A stretch of DNA of 36,727 nt. Origin: a virus (taxonomy: Duplodnaviria > Caudoviricetes). The first letter of the stretch is position 1. Each line of letters opens with the position of its first letter. The notes beneath the pieces were generated by a model. The model saw only the letters and a list, made by a program, of their open reading frames with translations. It had not been told where the DNA came from and did no database searches. Made by a program: the position numbers and the translations under genes. Of this stretch, positions 9,652 to 18,826 are shown piece after piece. The stretch covers positions 1 through 36,727 of the IMG/VR virus record IMGVR_UViG_3300020043_003766; one strand, 5' to 3'.

Positions 9652-9881
9652 TGAAAAAGATACTCGAAATATTCAAAGGCGATAACGGCCAACTAAGTAG
9701 CAAGCGCTTTGTGGGAATCATTGGCGCTTTCGTTCTGTTCGGCACGATGGCACACAATTCAATGTCGCCTCAAGAGATTGCACCCAGTGCGGAATTGGTG
9801 GCGGCTGTTGAGTGGGTTACGATATTGACATTGGGCTTTACTTCTGTAGATAAGTTCAGCGGCAAAAAAACAGATGAGTAA
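9651..9881 (+). CDS. Putative holin
   Basis: 76 aa with two TM segments, an N-terminal G.LSSKRF motif and a charged C-terminus; upstream of the endolysin. Confidence 0.65.
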   Translation: MKKILEIFKGDNGQLSSKRFVGIIGAFVLFGTMAHNSMSPQEIAPSAELVAAVEWVTILTLGFTSVDKFSGKKTDE

Positions 9882-10176
9882 AACAAGCCTCTCCGTCCTG
9901 CTGTTTGTGCTGCTCTTTGTGGGTGGTATTATGTATGTTGAGTACGCAGTGCCCAGGGGCGAGCAAGTTGTGCACGGGCCTGCTATTAGGATTGTGGAAA
10001 AAGACCTCGACACGCTTTATCAAATCCGCCTTAAATACAAAACCCTGCACGATTTAGACACCCAATTAATAACCAAATATGACACGCTTTATTTATCTAT
10101 TACTGGCGATACTAGCTGTGGCGCCACGCTTCGCCTCATCGCAATGCACCGACAGCTCGACAGCAGCGCAAAGTAA
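9874..10176 (+). CDS. Putative spanin inner-membrane subunit-like protein
   Basis: N-terminal TM plus a soluble domain; overlaps the next gene by 98 bp in the lysis cassette. Confidence 0.4.
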   Translation: MSKTSLSVLLFVLLFVGGIMYVEYAVPRGEQVVHGPAIRIVEKDLDTLYQIRLKYKTLHDLDTQLITKYDTLYLSITGDTSCGATLRLIAMHRQLDSSAK

Positions 10177-10384
10177 TTACTATTTGCTCAAAGGAGCGGA
10201 AGCCAGAGAGCAGTTAGCACTGTGCCGGGAGTACAGGAAAGTGGATGCGGAAGTGATTGCGCAACAGGATAAGATCCAGGCTAAACTGCTCGATGAGTTG
10301 GTGAAACGCGATGATAAGTATAAGCGCCTGAGATCTGCAACCTACGCACTCGCTGCGGTCTTTTTATTATCTTTACTACTATGA
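10079..10384 (+). CDS. Putative spanin-like protein (N-terminal signal, C-terminal TM)
   Basis: Signal peptide-like N-terminus with a Cys, a coiled coil and C-terminal TM YALAAVFLLSLLL. Confidence 0.4.
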   Translation: MTRFIYLLLAILAVAPRFASSQCTDSSTAAQSNYYLLKGAEAREQLALCREYRKVDAEVIAQQDKIQAKLLDELVKRDDKYKRLRSATYALAAVFLLSLLL

Positions 10385-10944
10385 ATATAGCAACACTAAA
10401 GGCCACGATGGCCGCCAAAAAATATGCCTTCTTTGAAGCGGGTGAGTTCAATCTTAATATTATTGGGGTGAGAAATTCCGCCACGGGCAACAAGGTAACA
10501 AACGCCTTCGATGATAAGCTTATTGTAGCCTACAAGCAGGGCGGTGGATGGGTAATTAAAGAGTACCCAATCACTACAGATAATGGCGGAGGGACTGCTC
10601 GCCTAGTAGCGAATCAGTACAGAGGTAGCCACGCTATCGGATTGCACCAGGGAAAGTATGAAGCGCTTAAACAATGCGCCCCAGTAACTGTATACCGGGA
10701 CTACACAAAAGACGGGATCTATCAGACAGACAAAACAGAAACGGGCGTCTTTGGTATTAACATTCACAAGGCAGGAGTTGACAGTGCCCGGGTGGATGAC
10801 TGGAGCCACGGATGTCAAGTCTTTAAAAAGGTTGCGGACTTCAACGAGTTTATGCTACTAGCAAAAAAAGCGGCCGCCTTGCATGGCAACCGCTTCACAT
10901 ATACTTTGATTGAGTCTAAGGATTTGGTTTCTGCTCTTGATTAG
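10381..10944 (+). CDS. Endolysin candidate with L,D-transpeptidase (YkuD)-like catalytic motif
   Basis: GINIHKAG...WSHGCQVF matches the His...S-x-G-C motif; last gene of the lysis cassette. Confidence 0.7.
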   Translation: MNIATLKATMAAKKYAFFEAGEFNLNIIGVRNSATGNKVTNAFDDKLIVAYKQGGGWVIKEYPITTDNGGGTARLVANQYRGSHAIGLHQGKYEALKQCAPVTVYRDYTKDGIYQTDKTETGVFGINIHKAGVDSARVDDWSHGCQVFKKVADFNEFMLLAKKAAALHGNRFTYTLIESKDLVSALD

Positions 10945-11512
10945 TTAGGGCTGCATTGATCCGTGCGACTGCGCTGGGCTCTTCGTGTTGAATATCTACC
11001 ACCTCTTCGACGCTGTGCATCCCCATAGTAATTTCGGGAGCGTACAGACGGCCAAAGAAAGCGGCAGCCCTGTATCTCATCATTAGCTCGGGCATAGTTT
11101 TCCACTTGCTGCCTGCCTTGCTCACCCACCCTTCAGCGTTTGCCATTGCCATAGTTACGGCGGGGCCTTCCACGGTTTCGCCTGTTGCTTTCTCTGTTGC
11201 TACTGCTTTGATTCCCTTATCTAGATCGCCAACAAAACGCAGGGCGGTGAACTTTCCGCAGCCGTTTATCGCAGCGATCACGAAAGTACTGGACCAACTC
11301 GGGCGACCGTGGATAATGTGCAAGTTTTGCATAACCATTAAAGGCGAGGCGCCTATGCGGTTTGCAATCTCAAGGGCTACAAGTGTATTTGCTACGTTGC
11401 CCTTATACTGTTGGGGTACAAGGTCGGAAGCGCTCAGGGCTTTTGCTTGGCGTTGGGCCAACTCAAAGCTGCTAAGTGGCGCGGGGTTTGTTTCTATTAT
11501 TTCTGTGCTCAT
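10916..11512 (-). CDS. RecT-like single-strand annealing protein
   Basis: LVP..YKG..AN..VA, SPLMVMQNL.II.GRPSWSS and W..MPE.M..YRAA.FF.R.Y.PE; adjacent to an exonuclease gene. Confidence 0.75.
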   Translation of the reverse strand: MSTEIIETNPAPLSSFELAQRQAKALSASDLVPQQYKGNVANTLVALEIANRIGASPLMVMQNLHIIHGRPSWSSTFVIAAINGCGKFTALRFVGDLDKGIKAVATEKATGETVEGPAVTMAMANAEGWVSKAGSKWKTMPELMMRYRAAAFFGRLYAPEITMGMHSVEEVVDIQHEEPSAVARINAALTNQEQKPNP

Positions 11513-12273
11513 AAATTTACCTTAGTTACTATTTCACTATAGCCGTGCCAGTTGCCGGACTTTTTGCAGAAGCCGTACGTCATTAAATTTTCTTTGTACT
11601 TCTGTCGGGCTGCCTTCAAATCTTCATTGCCAATAAAATACCATCCAACCAAATAAGGCGGGTGCTTTTCAACAGCTACAAAAAAGAATCCATTGCAGGG
11701 CTTTCCAGTGGCCTCTTCTAAGCCATCGGAATAGAATGCAGCCTGCACATCGTAGCGGTATTTACGGACCGACTGAGCAAATCCCCTGGGGCTTGCGTCC
11801 TCTGTTGTCTTTAAATCAATGATTACATTCTCAGACGTCAACCAATCGGGGCGAGCCTTGCATTCAACTTCTGTATCTTCGTCATTCCAATAGATAGGTT
11901 GCTCTGCGATTCCGTCTTTTAAAAGATACTGCGCAGTCCGATGGCCTCGCACGCTTTCCATAATGCGCTCTACCATTGTGGCGCTTTCGGCATCCAGTGG
12001 CGTGAGGCCTTTGGAGTGCTCGATAAAGTTGGCCCAAATTTCTTTGCCTTCCTTTGTGCGTCGATCGCAATGAGGTGCAACGGCATAACGTTTGCCAAAT
12101 TCTTGCGGTTCAAATACTGCGCAGTGAGCAGCCGATCCGATGATCAAGGCAGGGGTTTCTTTTTGCGCTAAGGCGTTGGGGTTTAGGTAGCGCTCGTAAT
12201 AGAGTGCTGGCGCTTTCGCGATGAGATCTAACCCGCTTTTTGATACGCGGGTTGTGTCGGTGTGGTACATCAT
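11509..12273 (-). CDS. RecE/exonuclease VIII-like PD-(D/E)XK nuclease (DUF3799-like)
   Basis: SKSGL, GSAAH..V.EP, KARPDW, IIDLKTT and YDVQAAFY motifs. Start reassigned to MMYH at 12273. Confidence 0.85.
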   Translation of the reverse strand: MMYHTDTTRVSKSGLDLIAKAPALYYERYLNPNALAQKETPALIIGSAAHCAVFEPQEFGKRYAVAPHCDRRTKEGKEIWANFIEHSKGLTPLDAESATMVERIMESVRGHRTAQYLLKDGIAEQPIYWNDEDTEVECKARPDWLTSENVIIDLKTTEDASPRGFAQSVRKYRYDVQAAFYSDGLEEATGKPCNGFFFVAVEKHPPYLVGWYFIGNEDLKAARQKYKENLMTYGFCKKSGNWHGYSEIVTKVNL

Positions 12274-12314
12274 AACGTTGCAAAAATACAAATAATGTTG
12301 TAAATTTGTAGCAT

Positions 12315-12491
12315 ATGGATAAAAATATAGTAACAGAGTTAAAAATAAAGGCAGTACAAAAGGGCGTAACCCTGACAAAACTTTGCGCACTTGCAGGCGT
12401 GAATCGGTGCGTCTTAACTCACTGGAGCAGAAAGGAGCCAAAGAGCTTAGAAACGTTGAGGAAATTGCAGGATAAACTCGCAGAACTTTGA
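12315..12491 (+). CDS. Cro/XRE-like HTH protein (58 aa; not in ORF track)
   Basis: MDKNIVTELKIKAVQKGVTLTKLCALAGVNRCVLTHWSRKEPKSLETLRKLQDKLAEL*; preceded by GTTG-N20-TAAATTTG at 12277-12308. Confidence 0.75.
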   Translation: MDKNIVTELKIKAVQKGVTLTKLCALAGVNRCVLTHWSRKEPKSLETLRKLQDKLAEL

Positions 12492-12521
12492 GTATATTTG
12501 CGCCGTTAGTGTGGTGCTAAC

Positions 12522-12554
12522 TGCCTCGGGTTTCGGCTCGGGGCATTTTTTTTT
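12522..12554 (+). terminator. Intrinsic terminator
   Basis: TGCCTCGGG-TTTCGG-CTCGGGGCA stem followed by 9 T. Confidence 0.85.
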
Positions 12555-12563
12555 GTAAATTTA

Positions 12564-12594
12564 TTTGGTTTTGTGGAAAACGCCTTTATATTTG
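12564..12594 (+). promoter_or_regulatory. Bacteroidota housekeeping-sigma promoter
   Basis: TTTG-N19-TATATTTG upstream of ATG 12616. Confidence 0.75.
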
Positions 12595-12615
12595 CATCCA
12601 CATAGCACCACATTT

Positions 12616-12831
12616 ATGAGTTTAGATATTATTTACCCAATCATTTTAGCGCCTGCTACCATTGCGGTGGCCTACTGCGCTCACGTAATTCGCCGCAACA
12701 AAAAGCGCAGAATTGAAACCCCTGAAGCCGAGCCCTACAAATTTGAGCGCGATGAATTTCGCCCCGAGTTTGATGAGTTCACGCAGATGCTTTACCAACG
12801 ACGTATGTACAGAGGGAGGGGCGACAAATGA
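12616..12831 (+). CDS. Small membrane protein
   Basis: MSLDIIYPIILAPATIAVAYC TM followed by a basic stretch; start reassigned downstream of the promoter. Confidence 0.6.
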   Translation: MSLDIIYPIILAPATIAVAYCAHVIRRNKKRRIETPEAEPYKFERDEFRPEFDEFTQMLYQRRMYRGRGDK

Positions 12832-13013
12832 GCATCCGCACTACCATGCTCTGCTTTGTGCAGGCCCTGCTGATCACCTATGCAGGTTTTGTATTTGTAT
12901 CGGGTCAATTTAACCCGTTGACGTGGCCAGAGAGCGCTCGCTTTTCTTTTATGCTTTGCGTGGCTGCTTTGTATGTTTTAAACCTTGTAATAAAAAACGA
13001 AAATGATAATTGA
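12828..13013 (+). CDS. Small two-TM membrane protein
   Basis: ATGA overlap; two hydrophobic helices around FNPLTW. Confidence 0.6.
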   Translation: MSIRTTMLCFVQALLITYAGFVFVSGQFNPLTWPESARFSFMLCVAALYVLNLVIKNENDN

Positions 13014-13368
13014 AATCTTAACCGCAGCAACAGCCGGCAGCACGATTGTGCTCGGGCTTGCCATTAACGCCTCACGCGCTCAGGTGCGCGGATTGGGCAA
13101 GGAACTGAACCGCAAGACTTTGCAATGTGCCAAGCAATCCACGCGACTGCTTGACCTGCAAGCTGAAGCCAGAGCAGAAAAAGACAAAGCAAAGACGTGG
13201 GAAGATCGCGGGCAGGAATGCGCCAAGCGTTTGCTTATTGCTGAGAATGATTTGGCAGCAGCGTTGCAGAAATTGTTTGCACTGGAGGCGAAGGAGTCAA
13301 TCAGAAGAGAGCAGGCGAGAGTTAGAAAAGCAAGGCATAGGGCGAAAAAGAAAGGGATGGAGCAATGA
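13003..13368 (+). CDS. Membrane-anchored coiled-coil protein
   Basis: N-terminal hydrophobic helix, coiled coil and basic C-terminus. Confidence 0.6.
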   Translation: MIIEILTAATAGSTIVLGLAINASRAQVRGLGKELNRKTLQCAKQSTRLLDLQAEARAEKDKAKTWEDRGQECAKRLLIAENDLAAALQKLFALEAKESIRREQARVRKARHRAKKKGMEQ

Positions 13369-13562
13369 TTGACCTACCAGAACAAACCATATCCCTGCAC
13401 ATTTACAACGCCTGCTTTATGATCACCAACATTGAAGAGCGGGACAAATTGAGAGAATATATCAAAGTTGCCGAGCAGTACGAACTTTCCAGACATTCAA
13501 TAATAAAGCCAAATGATTACAGACTATTTACAACTATACAGCAGAGCACGCAGGGAGAATAA
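13365..13562 (+). CDS. Hypothetical protein
   Basis: ATGA overlap; protein conserved in the second copy at 24069..24266. Confidence 0.65.
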   Translation: MIDLPEQTISLHIYNACFMITNIEERDKLREYIKVAEQYELSRHSIIKPNDYRLFTTIQQSTQGE

Positions 13563-13956
13563 AGAGCTACAAATGCGCATCCTGCAAATGACATCCAAAT
13601 ATGAGGCCGAGGTGGTAAGGTTGAAAAACGAACTGCTGCGCCCACAGGTGAAATTTACCAGCAAAATGGATGACTTCGCCAAGGTTATGCAATCCGTTTG
13701 CATTGCCTGCGATGTAACCCCTGCGCAGTTGCTTTCAACTTCCAGGGAGGGCGACATTAAGGATGCCCGGCATATGTTGGTGTATATTTTGCGACAGCAC
13801 TACGCCCTAAGATATTCGGAGATTGGCAGACGTTTGGGGCGTGATCACTCGACAGCAATTAACAGTTATCAAAGAATGAGCGAATTTTTGGAGTTTGACA
13901 GATCAGTCCAAAAGATTTACAACACAGTAAAGGAGCTGCTCGGGATATGCAATTAA
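13513..13956 (+). CDS. DnaA C-terminal (domain IV)-like HTH protein
   Basis: ARHMLVYILR....YSEIGRRLGRDHSTAI matches the Bac_DnaA_C signature. Confidence 0.8.
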   Translation: MITDYLQLYSRARRENKELQMRILQMTSKYEAEVVRLKNELLRPQVKFTSKMDDFAKVMQSVCIACDVTPAQLLSTSREGDIKDARHMLVYILRQHYALRYSEIGRRLGRDHSTAINSYQRMSEFLEFDRSVQKIYNTVKELLGICN

Positions 13957-15338
13957 GGCCGTACCAATTGACTGCTGTGGATGAGATTCGCGGGGCATTT
14001 AAGGAGGCCAAGCGAGTTGTGCTATGCCTTCCCACTGGAGCAGGTAAAACGGTTGTATTTTCGGAGATTGTGCGCAGAGTGTTGGAAAAGGGGCGTAGAG
14101 TGGCAATCATTACCCACCGCAGGGAGTTGCTGAGCCAAGCGGGCAAACTAAACCGCTGCGATATCCTAATGGTGGAGACGCTTAACAACGCAATAAAGAG
14201 AGGCAAGGTTGATTTGAGCAGTTACGATTTGCTCGTGATTGATGAGGCCCACATTGGCAACTTTCGCAAAATTCTGGAGGGATTCGACGGCTTTGTGATC
14301 GGCGCAACTGCGACGCCAGTAAGTAAGCCACCGATGGCTCAAAGCTACGGGCGTTTGATCAACTCGGTAGGGATTGGTGAACTGATCGCGCAGGACTATC
14401 TCTGCAATCCCATTACCTACGCAATGCACCCAGTGGACACTTCAAAGATTGCCAGCAGAATGGGCGAATTTACAGCGCAGGGGTTGGATGACGCTTTTAA
14501 CCGCCCGAAAATTTATGAGGGAGTTGTGCAGGAGTATGTTAAGAAATGGAGGGATAAAAAGGCAATTGTCTTTTGCGTGAACATTGAGGCCACAATTAAT
14601 ACCGCTGAGGCTTTTGCCAAGGAGTTGGGGGTTGGCAGAGTTTACGCTGTACATTCAAAACAAAGCACATACGAGCGAGCCGATTTAATACAGGATTTTA
14701 TCACGAGCAAATACGGAATCCTCGTTAACTGCGGAATTGCTACCACTGGATTCGACTGCCCAGATATTGAGGTGGTTGTTGTGAACAGGGCTACCAAATC
14801 CGTAGCGCTTTGGCTTCAAATGGTGGGGCGTGGATCGCGGCCGACGGCGAGTAAAAAAGAGTTCACTATCCTCGATTTTGGCGAGAATGTGCACCGCTTA
14901 GGATTCTGGCAGGAGGCACGCGATTGGGGTAAGGCATTTGCTGGGATGGAGCAAAAGAAAGGGCAAGGCGTGGCACCTGTTAAGGATTGCCCCTGCTGCG
15001 GTGCTGTGCTCTACGCATCCGCTCGATTCTGTGAGTTTTGCGGTGAGGCATTTGCTACCGAAAAGAAGGCCGAGCGCGGTAGTCTGGAATTGATGGCCTA
15101 CGAAAAGCTCAACGGCCGATATCTGTTTGAGATTGCAAAAACGCCCGCCGATCTATGGGAACTTAAAAGCCGTAAAAACTACAAGCAGGCATTTATTGAG
15201 CGGGTGCTGTATTACGCCAATTACTCGGAATTAAGGCGGTTTTGGGATGCAAAAGGCTACACGCAGGGCTATACCAATCGCAGAGAGCGAGAATTTGCTG
15301 AAGGTGGCGCAGTTAAAAACTTTATAGTAAAATTATGA
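13947..15338 (+). CDS. SF2 DEAH helicase with C-terminal zinc ribbon (RadD/YejH-like)
   Basis: LRPYQ, PTGAGKT, DEAH, TATP, TTGFD and QMVGRG.R motifs; CPCC...CEFC zinc ribbon. Confidence 0.9.
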   Translation: MQLRPYQLTAVDEIRGAFKEAKRVVLCLPTGAGKTVVFSEIVRRVLEKGRRVAIITHRRELLSQAGKLNRCDILMVETLNNAIKRGKVDLSSYDLLVIDEAHIGNFRKILEGFDGFVIGATATPVSKPPMAQSYGRLINSVGIGELIAQDYLCNPITYAMHPVDTSKIASRMGEFTAQGLDDAFNRPKIYEGVVQEYVKKWRDKKAIVFCVNIEATINTAEAFAKELGVGRVYAVHSKQSTYERADLIQDFITSKYGILVNCGIATTGFDCPDIEVVVVNRATKSVALWLQMVGRGSRPTASKKEFTILDFGENVHRLGFWQEARDWGKAFAGMEQKKGQGVAPVKDCPCCGAVLYASARFCEFCGEAFATEKKAERGSLELMAYEKLNGRYLFEIAKTPADLWELKSRKNYKQAFIERVLYYANYSELRRFWDAKGYTQGYTNRREREFAEGGAVKNFIVKL

Positions 15339-15481
15339 GAATAGACTTCAAAGGCTACACGCCAAAACAGTATGCCGTTTTGATAATGCGGCAGGATCTA
15401 AAGTATTCAATTAGGGAAATTTCCGAGCGGTTGGGTTACAGCCAGTCGGGCGTTAGGTACATTTTAAGTATGAAAAAATGA
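15335..15481 (+). CDS. Small HTH protein (48 aa; not in ORF track)
   Basis: MRIDFKGYTPKQYAVLIMRQDLKYSIREISERLGYSQSGVRYILSMKK*; ATGA overlaps on both sides; conserved in the second copy. Confidence 0.75.
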   Translation: MRIDFKGYTPKQYAVLIMRQDLKYSIREISERLGYSQSGVRYILSMKK

Positions 15482-15672
15482 AAACATTTGTAATAACAGT
15501 TGAAATCGAGCACACAGACAAAAGCTATAACAGCACAGAAATACAGGAATTTATCCAGGGGATCAGTTTGCCAGAAGCGCAATGGGTGAAGGTTATGAAA
15601 AAGGCTTTTAAGGAAACAACGCTAGGCCATAACGCTTTTGGGATTGAGGTAACTTATGCAATAAAGGAATGA
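15478..15672 (+). CDS. Hypothetical protein
   Basis: Identical protein in the second copy despite synonymous changes. Confidence 0.75.
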   Translation: MKTFVITVEIEHTDKSYNSTEIQEFIQGISLPEAQWVKVMKKAFKETTLGHNAFGIEVTYAIKE

Positions 15673-16283
15673 AAAGAAAACGATGGACCCAAGCCGAAAC
15701 GGCAGAATTTGTGCAGCTGTACCCTACAACAATGGCAAAGGATTTGGCCGAGCGATTCGGTTGTTCAGTTGCGCAGATCTACCACAAACAGCAAAATACT
15801 GGCGTTAACAAAAGCACAGACTTTTTGCATCAATACTACAAGGCCAATTTTAAAGGGCACCCGGCAACCCAATTTCGCAAAGGAATGAGCAGCTGGAATA
15901 AGGGCACAAAAGGCGTAGTTACTGGCGGAGTTGAAACCCAATTTAAGAAGGGGCAAAATCCACACAATACAAAGCCGATAGGCTACCGAAGTACCCGCGA
16001 TGGCTACATGGTTGAAAAGACGGCCAACGGATTTAAAATGGTGCACGTATTGATGTGGGAATCAATTAACGGACCAGTTCCTAAAGGTATGTTTGTGGTA
16101 TTCAAAGACCGAAACAAGACCAACATCACACTGGACAATCTAGAGCTCATCGACCGCCACGAACATATGAGGCGCAACAACATCAAAAACTTGCCCGAGG
16201 AATTGAGGGAAGTATTAAGCATTAAAAGAAGTATCACAAGAAAAATTAACAAACTAGAAAAAAATGGCACGCAACAAAATTAA
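15669..16283 (+). CDS. HNH endonuclease (HNH_3-like) with N-terminal HTH/NUMOD-like repeats
   Basis: TQFKKG repeats and H...WE..NGPVP.G..V.FKD.N..N..LDNL. Confidence 0.8.
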   Translation: MKRKRWTQAETAEFVQLYPTTMAKDLAERFGCSVAQIYHKQQNTGVNKSTDFLHQYYKANFKGHPATQFRKGMSSWNKGTKGVVTGGVETQFKKGQNPHNTKPIGYRSTRDGYMVEKTANGFKMVHVLMWESINGPVPKGMFVVFKDRNKTNITLDNLELIDRHEHMRRNNIKNLPEELREVLSIKRSITRKINKLEKNGTQQN

Positions 16284-16485
16284 TGATCTACGCGATCACC
16301 TATTTGAAACACTAGAACGCCTAAAGGATGGCGATATTGACATAGCAACGGCGAAGGCAATGGCCGACGTCGGGCAGGTTATTATAAACTCGGCAAAGTT
16401 GGAGGTGGATTTCATCCGCGCCACTGGATCAACAAAAGACAGTGGTTTTATTAAGTTGGGCGATGGCAATGAAAAACTGTTATGA
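16264..16485 (+). CDS. Hypothetical phage protein (HNH-associated)
   Basis: MARNKINDLRDHLFETLERL...AKAMADVGQVIINSAKLE; identical in the second copy. Confidence 0.75.
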   Translation: MARNKINDLRDHLFETLERLKDGDIDIATAKAMADVGQVIINSAKLEVDFIRATGSTKDSGFIKLGDGNEKLL

Positions 16486-16658
16486 GTAAACCAACCCACG
16501 CACGAATCGCCCACGTTGAAGTGACCGAAAACGGCATACTGATCAAAGCAATTCACTTACACGATGAAAATGGCGAGTATATTCGCGACGCTAAACTGAA
16601 CGGGCAAATACTTTGCACGCTTACTGAGCACCTGCTTAAAATTACAATATGCAAATAA
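16482..16658 (+). CDS. Hypothetical protein (58 aa; not in ORF track)
   Basis: MSKPTHARIAHVEV...KITICK*; homologue at 20828..21007. Confidence 0.7.
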   Translation: MSKPTHARIAHVEVTENGILIKAIHLHDENGEYIRDAKLNGQILCTLTEHLLKITICK

Positions 16659-18814
16659 CCTATCTGCCGAACATTAGACAGTCGGCAAAGCACCACACAA
16701 TAACGATAGCGGATTATTTCGCATTAGTGCGATCTGGTCAGCATTTGGCTTTAATCGAGGCCTACAGGAATACCAAGGCGTTAAGCAAGGATGAGCAGGC
16801 GGAGGCAAAGCAACGGATTCCTGCGGTTACAATCTCGGGGGTGTTTAAAGACAACGTGAGCAATGCAAACCTCATCCAACACTCAGGGCTTATTTGTATT
16901 GATTTTGACGCTGTGGACGATGTGGCTCGATTAAAGTCTGAACTTGCCAAAGATCCCTATACATTCGCCGCCCTGCTATCCGTTTCGGGCAATGGATTGG
17001 CTGCATTGGTAAAGATTGAGCCAGAGCGCCACCTCGACGCTTTCAATGGACTCAAACAGTACTATTTCAAAAATTACGGTCAACTAATTGATCAGAGTTG
17101 CAAGAATGTGAGCCGCCTGCGGTTCCTGTCTTATGATCCGCTGCTTTATGTCAACGAGCAAAGCAAGACGTTCAAAGAGTACCCGAAAAAGGAGGCCAAG
17201 CCCAAACAAGTGCACACTGTGCTCACAGGCAATGAATTTGATGAATTGATTGATAGGATTTGCAGGGGCGGCTATGATTTGACAGAGGGCGCTTACAAAA
17301 ACTATCTTGATATCGGCTTTGCACTGGCTTCAGAGTTTGGAGAGCGAGGCCGTGAGTATTTCCACGCCATCGCCGCCCAAAATAGCAAATACGATCATAT
17401 TAAGGCCGATAGACAGTATAATTATTGCCTACGAGATACAGGGCAAAGCAAGATTGCAATCGGCACCTTTTACTATTACGCTAAACAAGCGGGCGTTGAG
17501 CTGAAAAGCCAGCAGGCCGTCAAGTTGGAGAACATTGCAAAAATGGCCAAAAAGCAAGGGCGTGCTCAGGAGTCGGTGGTTGAGATTGCGCGGTTGTCTG
17601 GAATGGACGTGGAAAAGGCAACAGAGACTGCCGCCGCAGTATTTGAGGCCAATGTTTCTCTGCAGCTCACAGGACAGACGCCCGTCGCGCTATGCCAGTT
17701 GTATCTGCAAAACAACCACCAACTGCACTATAATACGATCACGGCAGATATTGAGGATCGCTCAGTACTGTTCAACAATCGCCCTAAGATTCTGGATGAT
17801 ATGGCGCTAAATACGATGTATTTGCGCTTCAGCGAGTTGACTGATAACAAAATATCATTTGAGTTTTTCTGCCGTGTGATCTATTCCGAAATGACCCGCT
17901 ATTACAATCCATTCGAGGACTTTTTGAAAGCAAATGAGTCAGTACAGCGCAGCCAATCCCTCATCGATGAGTTGGCCGCTTGCATAGAAACAACCACGCC
18001 GCACGTTGCAAAATATCTCACGCACTGGGGCGTTGGAATGATTGCAAGCGTTTACGGCCATACCTCGCCCCTGGTATTGGTATTGGCAGGCGAGCGCCAA
18101 AATACGGGTAAAACTGAGTTTTTTAGGCGCTTACTTCCCAAACCACTGGCCAACTATTACGCGGAGTCTAAACTGGACGGCGGCAAGGATGACGATATTT
18201 TGTTAACCAAAAAGCTCATTATCATGGATGATGAATTTGGAGGTAAATCTAAGTTTGAGGCCAAACGATTTAAGGAGTTAACGAGTAAGGCCAGTTTCTC
18301 AATCCGCTTGCCTTATGGGCGCACACACCGAGATTTGAAGCGCTTGGCAGTATTGGCAGGAACTACCAACGACTTGGGCCTTATCTCAGACCCAACGGGC
18401 AATCGCCGAATCCTGCCCATTAATGTGCTCGGCATTGATCACGCACGATACAACTCTATTGACAAAACTGCGCTGTTTATGGCCTTCTATGATCTATATC
18501 AATCGGGGTTTAATTGGCACCTTTCGAGTGAGGATATACTGCAACTAAACGAAAATAGCACTGAATTTAATGCAATTAATTTTGAAGCGGAATTAATAAA
18601 CCAATATTTTAGAGTTCCGCAAAATGGTGATTATAGTGATTATTTAACAAATACAGAGTTGAAAATATATTTGGAGGTAAACAGCCAACAGCGGATTTTT
18701 GACACTCGAAAGTTGGGGATGGAAATGAAAAATTTGGGCTTCCAACAAGTGAAAAGGAAAGTGAATGGGTCAACAATGCGCTGCTATGCGGTTGTAAAAA
18801 TAGCCAGACAATGA
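16649..18814 (+). CDS. Primase-helicase: BT4734-like/VirE N-terminal domain, PriCT-2 and VirE (VapE) P-loop domain
   Basis: HSGLICIDFD, S.SGNG, D..CKNVSRLRF.SYDP, GFALASEFGE.GREYFH, Walker A GERQNTGKT, DDEFG and D.TGNRR. Confidence 0.9.
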   Translation: MQITYLPNIRQSAKHHTITIADYFALVRSGQHLALIEAYRNTKALSKDEQAEAKQRIPAVTISGVFKDNVSNANLIQHSGLICIDFDAVDDVARLKSELAKDPYTFAALLSVSGNGLAALVKIEPERHLDAFNGLKQYYFKNYGQLIDQSCKNVSRLRFLSYDPLLYVNEQSKTFKEYPKKEAKPKQVHTVLTGNEFDELIDRICRGGYDLTEGAYKNYLDIGFALASEFGERGREYFHAIAAQNSKYDHIKADRQYNYCLRDTGQSKIAIGTFYYYAKQAGVELKSQQAVKLENIAKMAKKQGRAQESVVEIARLSGMDVEKATETAAAVFEANVSLQLTGQTPVALCQLYLQNNHQLHYNTITADIEDRSVLFNNRPKILDDMALNTMYLRFSELTDNKISFEFFCRVIYSEMTRYYNPFEDFLKANESVQRSQSLIDELAACIETTTPHVAKYLTHWGVGMIASVYGHTSPLVLVLAGERQNTGKTEFFRRLLPKPLANYYAESKLDGGKDDDILLTKKLIIMDDEFGGKSKFEAKRFKELTSKASFSIRLPYGRTHRDLKRLAVLAGTTNDLGLISDPTGNRRILPINVLGIDHARYNSIDKTALFMAFYDLYQSGFNWHLSSEDILQLNENSTEFNAINFEAELINQYFRVPQNGDYSDYLTNTELKIYLEVNSQQRIFDTRKLGMEMKNLGFQQVKRKVNGSTMRCYAVVKIARQ

Positions 18815-18826
18815 AAAACCGATTTC

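Larger units (their letters stand above)
13360..18454 (+). repeat. Large inverted repeat, arm A (replication module)
   Basis: Gene-by-gene homologous to the reverse complement of 19028..24271. Confidence 0.95.

Noticed and set aside
12274-12441. N-terminal 56 aa of the 310-aa minus-strand ORF
   Set aside because: It overlaps a better plus-strand HTH gene and promoter boxes; the nuclease-like sequence begins at MMYH (12273).
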